Shown here: one piece after another, positions 24,848-36,900 of the stretch
How the letters are laid out: every line of letters starts with the position of its first letter
Position numbering within the stretch: the first letter of the stretch is position 1
From: Tubulanus polymorphus
Taxonomy: Eukaryota > Animalia > Nemertea
DNA length: 64,000 nt
Assembly: GCF_964204645.1 (NCBI RefSeq)
Contig: NC_134029.1
Span: forward strand, 17,974,950-18,038,949
Reading direction: 5' to 3'
Program-made: the position numbers and the translations under genes
The notes under the pieces: model-generated
The model's database searches: none
Told to the model about the DNA's origin: nothing
What the model saw: only the letters and a program-made list of their open reading frames with translations

Positions 24848-26526
24848 GAAAAAGAAATAACAAGATTTATACATTTAATGACTAATAAGAATAAATATAA
24901 GCTTATTTCAATTGCATAATTTAATTATTTATTGATGCATGTATCACCGTCATTTTTGTTCATATGCACACAAGAAATGTACATCTTCTCAAACATGATT
25001 CTTTATCCATTGATAAATCATTCAACAGTCGAGGTACGTTTTAAGGATTTTCTATCAACGTTGGACTAGTTTCATCAGTAGCCTGAAATGAAGAAGTAAG
25101 AGTAATTTCGTAGTTTTCACAAAATCCCCATTGATGATTGAATTATTCTAGACTCGATCTGCGGTATAAATCAGGGGGCAGTTGCTCGACAGTTGGTTAT
25201 AGAATTGAATATAAGTCGTTCGACCAGAAACAGTTTAACTGGGTCCAGGATGGTGGGACCGGCTCCAGAACTGTCGAAGTATACAGGGATTTACAGTGTT
25301 TTCCTCGCTTCGAAATAGCATTCGTTGTGATTATATCTTTGGTAATTGTTGACAATCCTCTGATTTTTAGAATATTAGAAAAAAAAATCAATCCAATTCG
25401 CAGAATTCGGCAGGCTACCAGTCTTTAGCCTTGGCAGAGCAGTATCATAAGTAAGATAGATGCTGATTGGTCTAGCATTAATTGGCGATGAGCGTTCTTT
25501 CCATAGAGTACGACCTCTGCCTTCTTTCGTGACACGTCACTCAGCCAACTCATCGCGCGATACACCTCGAAGATATCTGAGAGGTTTTTTATTTGTGATA
25601 GATTCTTGCAACGAAGAATTATTTGTAAGTGCCTATAGACGAAAGCATTTGACAATTTATTCAAATAAAAATCTCATTACCAGTATATTCATATTCTAAC
25701 TTAAATTCTGATAGCCTCATCCAGCATTTTATTGTCGGCCAAGGAACAACTTGTCGACTGGATAAAGGTTCTGAGAAATCAGGCACTCATTGGTGACAGA
25801 TGCATTTGAATTTACTTAACTCATGGCCAAATTGCGGGAAAATGCTTGGGGATTTGGTTATTTGATGAGCTATTTCATCCGTTTTCACTCAAATGGCAGA
25901 AGCCGTGTTTTCTTCTGGGAGCATTCCCAGGATCCCTGACTATCCAGCTTTGCCGTGTGCACATTATAAGAAAGGTCGGCGAAAAAGTTACGAATAGGAA
26001 ATTCTATTTTCGGTGAGAAAAACACATGTAGAAAAGTTAGCGGAAAAAATTGATATAGAAAAACAAATCACAGAAAAGTGGGCGAAAAGATTGCTGACTG
26101 AGTAAATTACTTTTCGGCGAGAAAGACAAGTCGCAAAATGACGCCATATAAGACTCGGATTTTGTGAAAATCATTTTTTGTGGGAAATAAGCTGAAAATT
26201 TTCAAGAAAATTTACCTTTTGCTCCCTGGATGTTTTTCGAATTCAATCGATTAAAAAACTTTGAAAATAATTTCTTAGTCGAACGGTGAGTGGTCGCCCG
26301 TGCGCCCGGTTCCGCTGTCCATTGTAATACCGATTCCGTTTTTTCATTTGTAGCCGCAACATATTCAATCAGATGGCGCCACCAACTGGAGTGGATTTAA
26401 TGAAATTTACGGCTCCCGAATTTTTCGCATCGTAGCAATGGAAAATCGAAAATATTTAATCTGTACGCTCTTTTTCAGTCTCAGACATAATTTACTCTAA
26501 CTTCATGGTGAAGAACCGAAGATCCG

Positions 26527-29246
26527 GGTAAAAGTGCAGATCCGCACCTCTCGTGATTGACTTGTGAGTCTTGACGCAATCTGCTGAAGCCTGAATGACA
26601 GAATCCAGGCTAAAATCTTTCTATCAATAGGGATTTCAGGTTGAAAATTTCTATGTGTCCTATGTGTCTTTTTAATAGGTTAAAATGAAGAAGGGGATAG
26701 CATAAGGATATAGCACTTTACAGAATCAAAATCGGTCAAGCGGTTCAAAAGTTATAAGCAATTAAAGGGTGGAAATTTGGGGTATATTTGTCATTCGATT
26801 GCGCAATACACTCTAGTTCATTTCCAATTAAAGAGTCAGACAGGAAGTGTCTAGGTTTTACTGCTTTTTAGCCTGATTAAAGTAGTAAATTCAACATTAA
26901 AACTTATATATCTCCCAAAATTTCTATCCGATTGAAACCAAACTTGCTCAGCACGTTGTTGGTAAAAAGAGTATTGAGATTCTAGAAGTATTTATGCAAA
27001 TATGTAAATTAGGCTAATTTGCATACTCATTAACTAATTAATACATACTACAATACCATTAATACACTATATGAGAGTTTCTTTTTCAAGATAAATGATA
27101 CTGGAATACATCCAATATCAATTTTGAGGTAAATGCAATGGAGACATCGAACAACTAGGTTATACCGGTTACCGTGGTAACCATAAGGTGAGTATTGAGG
27201 CGGCCATCTTGAATCTAATTAACTTCCACTGAATTGTAAATAGCTCATTTGATATGGCCTTTAGGCCTATATTGTTAACAATAATTCCTCTTCTAGAATA
27301 TCTCAATGTTCCTAAGATCATATTCCTGCATTTTGAGATGCTCAGATACTAATAATAATCATTATATTTTCAGATCCTCACTTGCCGCAGAAGAATCAGA
27401 CAATCATTTGAAAAGATTTATCAAGTTCAGAAAAAATGAATGTATTAAAATGAATGTGTAAACCCTTGTTATTCTTTCAGAGATCCTTAAAAGACATCTC
27501 GAAAAAATATCTATATCATGATATCTCAGATTGTGGCTCACAAGAAGGCGGCCATCTTGTTTTATGTCGATATTTCATCGGAAGTGACCAATTTCAACAA
27601 AGTATGTCATGTTTGGTATCTAATGAAAGGTCTTTTTCCTGGAAGTTTCTTCTATTGAATAAGAATGATGACAAACTAGCTCAATTGAATGTATTAGACA
27701 AAGTATTAGTCTGTAAAAATTGATCCCAGAAGATAAGATGCACAATCATGAACATTAGGACATCCGTGTTCACATCTATCATTTCACAACGTAGGGCCTA
27801 GCCGATCAGTGAAAATAATCCTAACATAAAATGTTTCACTCATCAGTATGGCCACCCATGAAACATTAGTACCTCCTAGTCATCAAAGTCAAAGCTGTAT
27901 TGGTTTGCCTATTGATGGAGGTTTCGGGAGCCGAAAGTCTTTTTTACTAAAACGCAAAATCTCAAGGCCTTAGTTATATAGTTTTTTTCTGATTTTGAGT
28001 AATATATTCCACAACATCAAGAGGATAGACCTACGTAGGCCTATGAGAGGTTAGATTTTGGTGACCAACATCATTTGGCTTGAAGACCATTGATTGGGTG
28101 TTTTAGGCCTACTGCACAACTGGCGGCAGTTACATTGCAGTGGTAGGCCTACGAGGCCTCGAGTCAAAAAAGGTCAAATAAGTAAATTTCATTTCAGGAG
28201 CTATCCTAGCATTTCCTTTAATTGTGAAGATGAATATTTCAACTTATTAGGCAAAGGAGATTGGGAAAAGTAAATTTTTGCTTGGGAAAAAATTTGAGCA
28301 AGACAAGGCCTGGATTCTGTTGGAAAATACAAAAGAATTTGCCATTCGATAGCCATTATTTTACTTATACTTGGCCGATTTCTTAATAAAGAATGAATTT
28401 ATTGAGTAACATTGTCGTTTTAGTTGCTAAATTGCCATTTAGAGTAGCAAAAACGAACCAGGAAGTGTTTTAATTGATCAGCTGGCAGCCGGTGTGGAGC
28501 CGGAAGTGACCCGGATGTAAACAATTTTAAGCACCTCGCCAACTTTAGGTCAAAATCCGCGAAAGACTACTAAATCAATCATAAAAGTAATTAAAGAAAA
28601 TGATTAATTAAGTATTCAATTTTGAAACGTATGGGTGTACTTTTTGTCAATTATTATAATTTTCGCATATTGAAGCTTTGAAATACGTTCATCGCTTGAA
28701 AATAGCAAATACACGGCCGGGCAAAAAAGTACGCACCACTACGTTATAGCCGAGAAATGTTTTTAAAATGTTCCGAGGTCAAATAATCAGCCAATCAACA
28801 GCGGGCTTGCGGATTTGACCTAAAAAATTGCATGTGGTTTTCACGTGATTGAAAAATGCATGTTCAAACATGGCCGCCATTTTGTTTCCTAGAAATCCGG
28901 CGATGCGCGCTGAACTACGATTTATTTCTCTGTAACTACGCAAGATACACTCATGAAATTTACACCACAACAAATAACCGGTAAATTGAGCATACTGAGC
29001 AAGTTTGGTTTCAATCGGATATAAAATGCGTTTTTTGTGAGTGAATAAAAATTTGAAGCGAGGAAAACGCTAATTATGACACATTTTGATCACGTGACCT
29101 GAAATCCCTACTATCAAGTGAAAATATCTTAAAATCAACCAATAATGGCAATGTACTGAATTGCTGAATTTTGAATCTGAAACATTGATATTTAATGTAA
29201 TGGATTGAACCGTTTACGGGGAGAGGTGCGGATCTGCACTTTTACC
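26527..29246. mobile_element. 2.72-kb non-autonomous Mutator-like DNA transposon
   Basis: Perfect 26-bp TIR GGTAAAAGTGCAGATCCGCACCTCTC; 9-bp TSD GAAGATCCG; extra internal inverted blocks; no transposase ORF. Confidence 0.9.
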
Positions 29247-29614
29247 GAAGATCCGCCTTTGTTCACTGATAATAGGGTGGAAAGTCCCTCTCATTTTGTC
29301 CTGAAACCCAAAGGATCAGGCTTGATCGATGGTCTCCTTAAATTTCTTTCTTAAATGTTTGTTTGGTTGTTAATGTTAGACCCGCCCACTCGGCAGTCTT
29401 CTTTCTTTTTGAAAACTACTATGACAGTGGACAAACTGGTGGATATTTAGCCGGACCACGTTTCATTTTCATATAGGCCTAGCTATTCAGCCGTGCGTGG
29501 CCTGATTGCGGCCTGTGTGATTCAGAAATAGGACCCCTGAACAATGATTTTTACTACTAAAGTTGTTTTTGTTTTCATTTATCAGCGATAGTTTACTCGG
29601 CATAGGCTTGCATA

Positions 29615-29885
29615 ATGCTGACGCTCGGAATCGTTGCCATGACGTCATTACCTATTTATTAGCATAAAATACAGTAGGTGATGCCACGTGACGGGCCGCA
29701 AAAGCCGTTTTTCAGCATTTTACGCAAGCGTCTAGGTAAACAATCGCTGATAGATAAAAACGCAAACAAATTTATTCCAATTCATAATTTAATTCTGAAT
29801 GCAAATTCTTTACTGGACAAATTGATATGTAGCATTTACAGAACGAAATTATGGACCAAAACGTCACAGGGAGAGCAGGTGTGAC
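29615..29885 (+). promoter_or_regulatory. Candidate HERC2 promoter and non-coding first exon
   Basis: GTTGCCATGACGTCA (X-box half site overlapping a full CRE palindrome), E-box CCACGTGA, CpG-rich; possible donor CAG|GTGTGA at ~29878; acceptor at 30755 precedes the ATG. Confidence 0.5.
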
Positions 29886-30794
29886 AGTAGACTAATAGTA
29901 CAATATTCAAACCTGGGCCAGCACAGCATAGCCTAGACTGCAGTGTCTCCCCCACTAGACTTCGAGGCTCCTAGCAAACCCCATTGTTTTAATAGGCCTT
30001 ACCCTCTACTCACTCTCTCCACACTTTTCTCAATCTAACCCTGATTATTAGGCCTATTTATTCATCCGGCTTAATGAATTTATGTGTGATATAAACAGAT
30101 CCGATTCCTGTGTTAGTTAAAAAGCCAGTAGCCTATGTGTTATACCTTGTGGGGTCAACATGCATTTCTATCCCAGGAGTGCGTTTCTATCTCGCTGCGG
30201 TTAATGAGCGTTGTTCGTTTTTTGAGGCTCATCGTTCAGTGCGGTTGACGAACATCGTTCGTCAGTTAAGTACTGTGCAGTGGTGCCTCGAGTGCATGAA
30301 AAATGAACTAACCCGGAATTTAAGCTAAAAAAAATGATCTGAAAAAAATTACCGCACCCGCGGAATGCATTAATCAATAACTCAGCAGCATGAGTGTTAA
30401 TTGTCAAGGGGATGAGAAGAGGGTCAAGAGGATTAGGTTTAGGCTAAGGTTTAGTTCGGCCTATGCATTATAATAGGGTAGATTGGAGTAAGTTTTTTGG
30501 CCTAAGTAGTAACAAAGTTGCACTGGCGGCTGTTGGCCTCGATGGTTACAGTGGCATGCTAGTTCTCTGCTGCTCGCTTGTTCGAATCCAATTTTTTGCA
30601 ATGATTCAGTTAGAACTTTCGAAGTTCAGCGGGTTTGCGCATGCGCATTGTTAGCTGAATTCTTGATCTTACTCCCTGGGATCGAAACACATGCCCACCC
30701 ATTAGTTGAGTCAATCATCACGTCATGGCATTCTTGATATTGTTTTCATTAACAGGAACTGAATTAGGGAATTGAGGAGACACCGAAATCGAAT

Positions 30795-30990
30795 ATGAGT
30801 TGGTGTTCGGAGACATATCTTCGGCCCGTACCCAGACTTGATCCGAAGTGGCTAAAAACAGACATCAGATTGGCGTTTTATAGCAAAGAAGGATTGAGTC
30901 AATTGTGGAATGAACTGGTCCGTGATCGGGAAGTCCTCAGTCGAAATGCCGATGGAATTTATAACAAATGTGGTGTTCTTGCTAAAAAAG
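30795..30990 (+). CDS. HERC2: HERC2 coding exon 1
   Basis: [24 protein letters not shown]...; acceptor AACAG ends at 30755; donor GTTTGT. Confidence 0.9.
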
Positions 30991-33900
30991 GTTTGTATCT
31001 GTGGCCTGTAGGCTTATGCATTTTCATTCAAGACTTTTTATTTATGGCTCTATATTTTGGATGATATAGTGTAATTCAATATATTGTTACTCTTGGGAAG
31101 TTGGATAAGGACTGTTAACCCTTTTTTTGGGAACATGGTTGAATTGTGGTGTGCTGGGGTCTTCAGGCCAAAAAATTAAAGCGATTTAGATAAAACAAAA
31201 CCATTTATAAATATTTTTCATTGAGCCTCATTTATTATGTTTCCTTGATGAAAATAGTTAGAAATATTATTTCTAAGTTCCGACCACAATCAGAATGCGA
31301 CAGCATAGCACATGTCTACTTTTGGTCTCGTAAGACTTGAGTGCTCGTCACCTTCTCGGAGATAGCTGGTGTTATGGCACTCAATTCATTACCCATAGTC
31401 CCAAATGATCTGGATTACTGGTAAGCGGGATTTACTCAGCCGAGTAACTACTATTTTCTGTATGATTATAGGTGACAATGGTAAATACTATTGCGGAGTG
31501 ATGTTTCTGTCCTGTACCTGCTGCAACGGGATCTGTGGACCTAGTTCTGGATGTAACTGTACGGCATGTCAAGAATTAGACAAAGAAGAACAACATCAGA
31601 AAGACGTCGACATCAAAACGCCTCTATCTTCAAAAACGTTAATGGAATCGTGGACCTGGGGCCAGCAACCAGGTAAATCAATTACTTGAAAACAGTGTAG
31701 ATACCCATATTGTTTGATACTGGTAGTTGCCCTTCACAAAATAGGGTTCCTATGATCTATTGTAAAAATTTATTAGGCCTTAGATATTTGTTGCAGCAAG
31801 GTGGCTAGAAAGTTGGCTATTCAAATCAATCTATAAGTCCAGACCAACCAGAACTGCTCACAGGCGTGAAACCTCAAATACTTAATGCCAAGAAAGATTA
31901 AGGGAACTGGGCGAAAACTTACTCCATCTGCTCGATCTGCTTCAGCTATATTTCAAATCAAACTTATTGGAAAGTCTTAGCTTATTAAAATATCGGAACG
32001 AAGTAATTTGTTCACAGATTGAATGTATCTTGTGTGAATAATCCTTAGGCTGAGTTTAAAGATAATTGAATGAGGGCCCAGTTGCTCATTTAAGACCAGG
32101 CAAAGAGCAGCAGATATCTATAACCAATCTTAAAAATCTAAGGCGACTTATTGTTTAAGACCACCATTGGACTTGAGTATCTGAACCTAAATGTGTAACG
32201 AGACAGTTACAGCATCGGCAGTTCGATTGTCTTAAAAAATTACATGAAGCCTTGTGTCCGATGGATGGCTCTGTGAATGTCCGGATGACAGCATTCAAAG
32301 CCTTCTTTATCTCATGCTACCCACAGTTTGGTGAAATCTATTCTCAGCAAATATACAGCGGGCAATCTGATTGGCGGTGTGTGTTTTTGTGCGGCAAACC
32401 TGTGCGCCCAGACCAGTGCACCCGATCTAGTGCAGCAGGGTTTCACACCGTGGCTGAGTCTAGCGATGCCATCTCGTTCGAATCATTGCTGTGGTGGCAA
32501 CCATGTTTTCTCCGGTGGGAAGGGTCGTTTTAGGGGTTAGCTAAGAATTTCCGTATCGGTTTCAGATGTCGGTGATCTGCAGGATTGTTTAATGTCGCTG
32601 ATCTATGAGCACCGTAAACTGGCGACGGAAGCGGCGTGTACGACCCTGTCGTCGGTGCGGCTACATCAGCGATTGTTCATATTGGAGCGATACTTTGTCG
32701 CGCTCGCTCGCAACGAAACAAAAGAATCTCGTTCGCCTATTCGTAAGAAACAAGCGAACAACACGACGAACTCGAAACAGAAAAGGTAAGCTTAATCCAA
32801 TCCTGTATGTCGGTACATGACGGTAGCTTATGCCATGTGAAACGGATTTAGTTTGTCTTATTCAGTGGTAGTTTTCAAGTGGATCCCTGAAAATAATGTA
32901 TGCCATAAGTCTGTGTTTTCAGAGGTACTTAATTGGAAAGATAGGTGTCCCCCTAGTCTATATCCCTTCTTAGTAAGGAATAGATATACACCTCGAGAAT
33001 GAATATTCCCTGCAGAGTTTTCATTTACAGTTAAGAGCTGCGCGTCTTGTCTTTCATGAAAAAAATATGAATTGGATAAAATCCCTAATTTTGCATAAAA
33101 ATGGCGGGATTGGCTGGGACATTGTACCATGATGTTAAGATGTCCGGGCTTAGAGGCGTGAGGTATCTTTTAATTTAATTCCCCAGTAAATCAGTTACGG
33201 TAACTGTTTCTTCCTATTTCAGTTGTTCGTTGAAGCCGTCGGAGAAAGCTACGACCGGTCTGGCACGAGTCGGCTCCCGGGCAGCTCTCAGTTTCGCGTT
33301 TGCGTTCTTGAGACGGGCATGGCGTTCGGGTGAAGATTCCGATTTATGCAGTGAACTATTACAAGAATCGTTAGACGCGTTACGCTCACTTCCGGAAGCT
33401 ACATTGTTCGACGAGACTGCCGTTTCGACGGTCTGGCTCGAAGTCGTCGAACGCGCGTCTAAATTTTTGCGTAATGTCGTCGCCGGGTAAGTTGTTAGTT
33501 GATGATAAAGACTAGTTAATAGAAATCAATAGTTTAAAAGTGATTTTTTAGTGAGCCGAATTCTAATTACTTTTTAGCCCACAAGTAACTTGCGCCTAAG
33601 TTCTATCGGGTTCAATATTTATCTATGAAGCAGAATCAAAGTTTTTGGGAAATCCCGTACTTTCTTGATATTGAGCTTATGCACATGTATTTACCCTGGA
33701 CATATCTATCATCAAAATTGTGACATAATAAGAAAAAAATGTGTTGCTCCGATACAAGATTGGTCACCCTGTAGCCTTTTTGGGAGTTTATGCATTTACA
33801 AAACTGACCTCCATTATATATTAAAGGGTATCTGCTTTCTGACATCATGGGTACCGGGTATATTTTTCATAACAATGTGTTATGCATCACTATTTGCTAT

Positions 33901-36900
33901 GAGTTCTATTGAACATAAAACTATGAATATATTTTTCATGTATATTGTTACAGCGATATAAATGGTGCCGGTGCTGTGGCCAAAGCTGATAGTAACAAAA
34001 TACCGATACAGGACCAGCAAACGGCGCTAGCGCTGCTACTCGAACTGGCCGTTCAACGAGGAACGTTGAACCACATTCTGAATGCAGTTTTATTACTGTT
34101 AAACCTTTGGAACAACAGTCGACATGAGATCGATAACCGAGTCAGCTGTAATCTGAACTGCGCGCCGTTAGTTCCACTGTTACGCCGGTTTCAAGACGTC
34201 CAAGCGACGAAACCTGTCCAGAACGCCACCGAATCTCTCAAATGGGATGAGGTTTGTATGATTAGGCCAATGCAATAATAATGATAATTTATATGTTTTC
34301 TTCTATAGCTCGGCGCTAGCAGAATCATTGCGTTTTACATAAATAATTGTAAGTGTAGAATGTAGTGACACGGTATGATAAGTTTAATCCAGCAAAAGAT
34401 GATCGATTAAGAATTTACATTTTTTTGTTTTAAGATATATCAAGATACATTATAGGTCTAGGTGTGCAACACATTGCAGGGTAGAGGCAAGGTTTAGACT
34501 ACCAAAAATCAGTTTTAGAGACAGAATTTATTAGGAAAATGAATGGGAAAATTCGGTATTTCGGCTGGCTTCGCGAATTTTCTGTATTAGATCTATCCGG
34601 CTTCTAGAAGTTTTACTGTAGAGGCGAATGCATAAGTAGTACACCTGATTGCGATGTCAACTCATAAAAATGTTTATTCGATTTGATAATGTTTAATTCA
34701 TTTCTATTACAGATGTCCATTTATAATGTGAGTCCGACTGAATGCTTCTTACGTTATCTGACGTTACCCGATGATGAATTTCTCGCGGTAGATTTACGAC
34801 AATGCGCCGTAGTGATTATGTCACACCTTGATCGTCTGTCGATGCCGTTTACTCCACCTACTGATAATCAAAAGGTACTAACCACTTTCATGAGCATTAT
34901 ACTAATTAGCGTGTTTCCTTTGGTAACTGAGTTGATTGATGCTTTCGTTGTCTCAATTGAATTGAAATGGGTTCTCTCAAATTCAATATTGCTGAACGAA
35001 GGTTTGTTGTAATGTTTGTACTTCTCTGCTAAGTTTTATCAGCTGTGGATAACACCATAATGAATGGATTGAGTTACAGTGCTGGTTCACTCAGGTCATA
35101 TCCAATAACCCAGAGTTACCAAATGAAAAACTATTTATCTTAAATCTTTTGATGATTTGAGTGGATGTCAGAGGGCCAATACGATTTCCTTTGGTATTAA
35201 ACTTCCATATAGAGATTCTGTTGGCATTTTTCATTGTTTATTTGCTTTTGCATTGAAGTTATGTTCTGATGCACAATAGCTAACGCGCAGTAACTCACTG
35301 CTGAGTTGAATTTGACTCAAAATTCAAATTAAAAAATCATAATAGATCAGTTAGCAGTGATGTTACTTTCAGTCAAATCTTAGCCAACAACTCTGGAACT
35401 GGGTCCAGTAAAGAGTAAAATTTTGAAATTCAGAAATGTGGAACTGGTTCTCGGTAATGATTCCTTTGGGTTTGCAAGGCTAAATGTTAGGTATACACTT
35501 GGGGTTTGATTATGCAAATACTAATGTCCTTCAGAGACAGTGACATGATTTTAATATTTCTGTGATTTTTGTGTTGCCACAACAATACCGGTAATGACTT
35601 CAGTTTTAAACCCAGATATTGTTCACAGTGCTTCATCTAGCATTAAAAAAGGGCAGGGTGCTGATTTCAAATAAGGGCGTTATTGTGCGTGATTCCATCG
35701 GAGCAAGGGCACATAATAACGCACTCACGTCTGTTTTAGGGGCAAACTGCAATGTTACCTATTGCATAGAATCGAGGTACCCTTACTACGATTGAGGACT
35801 AGAAACTATGTTTAAATCTGATTATGCCATGAGTGACACACTTGACCACAGTACATCCTTACACCTATGCCTGTCAATGAACAAAAGTTAATCTAGATAG
35901 GGCTTTCAAAATGATTTGGAAAACCAGTTGCAGACAAAACAATTGCAGAAAAAAGCAATCTCAAGTAGCAAATACAGCGAAAAAGAGCCAGCAATAGTGT
36001 ATAGGCCTACATGAAATTGCATATTTTTAATCTTAGAAATATCAAATTAATTGATTTAAATTGATAGTGTTAGTGATTGGCAAGTAACTGTTGATAAATG
36101 GTAAGCAGTCAGCTTAAGAACACATTATTGCTATTAGGCTACTCAAACTAATTGTCTGTGCGAGTCTCTCTGTGAGTTCACCGAACAAAGTTTTTCACCT
36201 TGTATATAAAAAATTTGTCCAATAGTCTAGATAAAAAGATCCAGAGCATCACGATGTGTTCAAAACGAAACAATCCATCGAATATACACTACCAGCTTTA
36301 CAACGGCAGTCGCTAGAATGATTGGCAGTAGTTTGGAAGTCAGCCAATTTCCTGGAAACTTTAACTAGGCCACGCGTCTGAGGCACGTTTTCACACGCTG
36401 CACACTGACTGCAGAACATTTGAATATAACCACTGATCACATGAGCTACTATCGTTGATATCATACGAGATATTTCATAGCCGTCGCAGGAAACTTACTA
36501 ACAGTCGGATGCGTCGGCTTATTTTGAAAGCCCTGACTCATTACTCGTGACTGACAAGGGCAGGATGGCGGACCTACGGCAAGTGATGAGGGCACAAGGG
36601 CAAGCATGGGACACATCTGAAGGGCACAAGGGCGGCTATTTTCGGTGGCGGGGCGGACCGCCCTTCTATTTTTGGCTAGATGAAGCACTGGTTCATGAAT
36701 TTATTGATGATACATCATGTACCGTCATAAGTTTTGTCCCAGAGTACATGTACATTCTTCAGGACATTTTCCGGTTAAGATTTGACCCTAGTTTTAAGAT
36801 ATTTGAATTTGATTGATTCTTAACTCTACAGATATATTGAACTGGAGATATGAATGTATTCTTTGATCTTTTATTTCAGAATGTGAACAGCGGACAAGAA

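Noticed and set aside
25460-25699. RRYLRGFLFVIDSCNEELF resembling an Arf/Ras GTPase strand
   Set aside because: No P-loop, DxxG or NKxD nearby; likely chance
30425-30465. TTAGG-like telomeric repeats
   Set aside because: Only a few degenerate units
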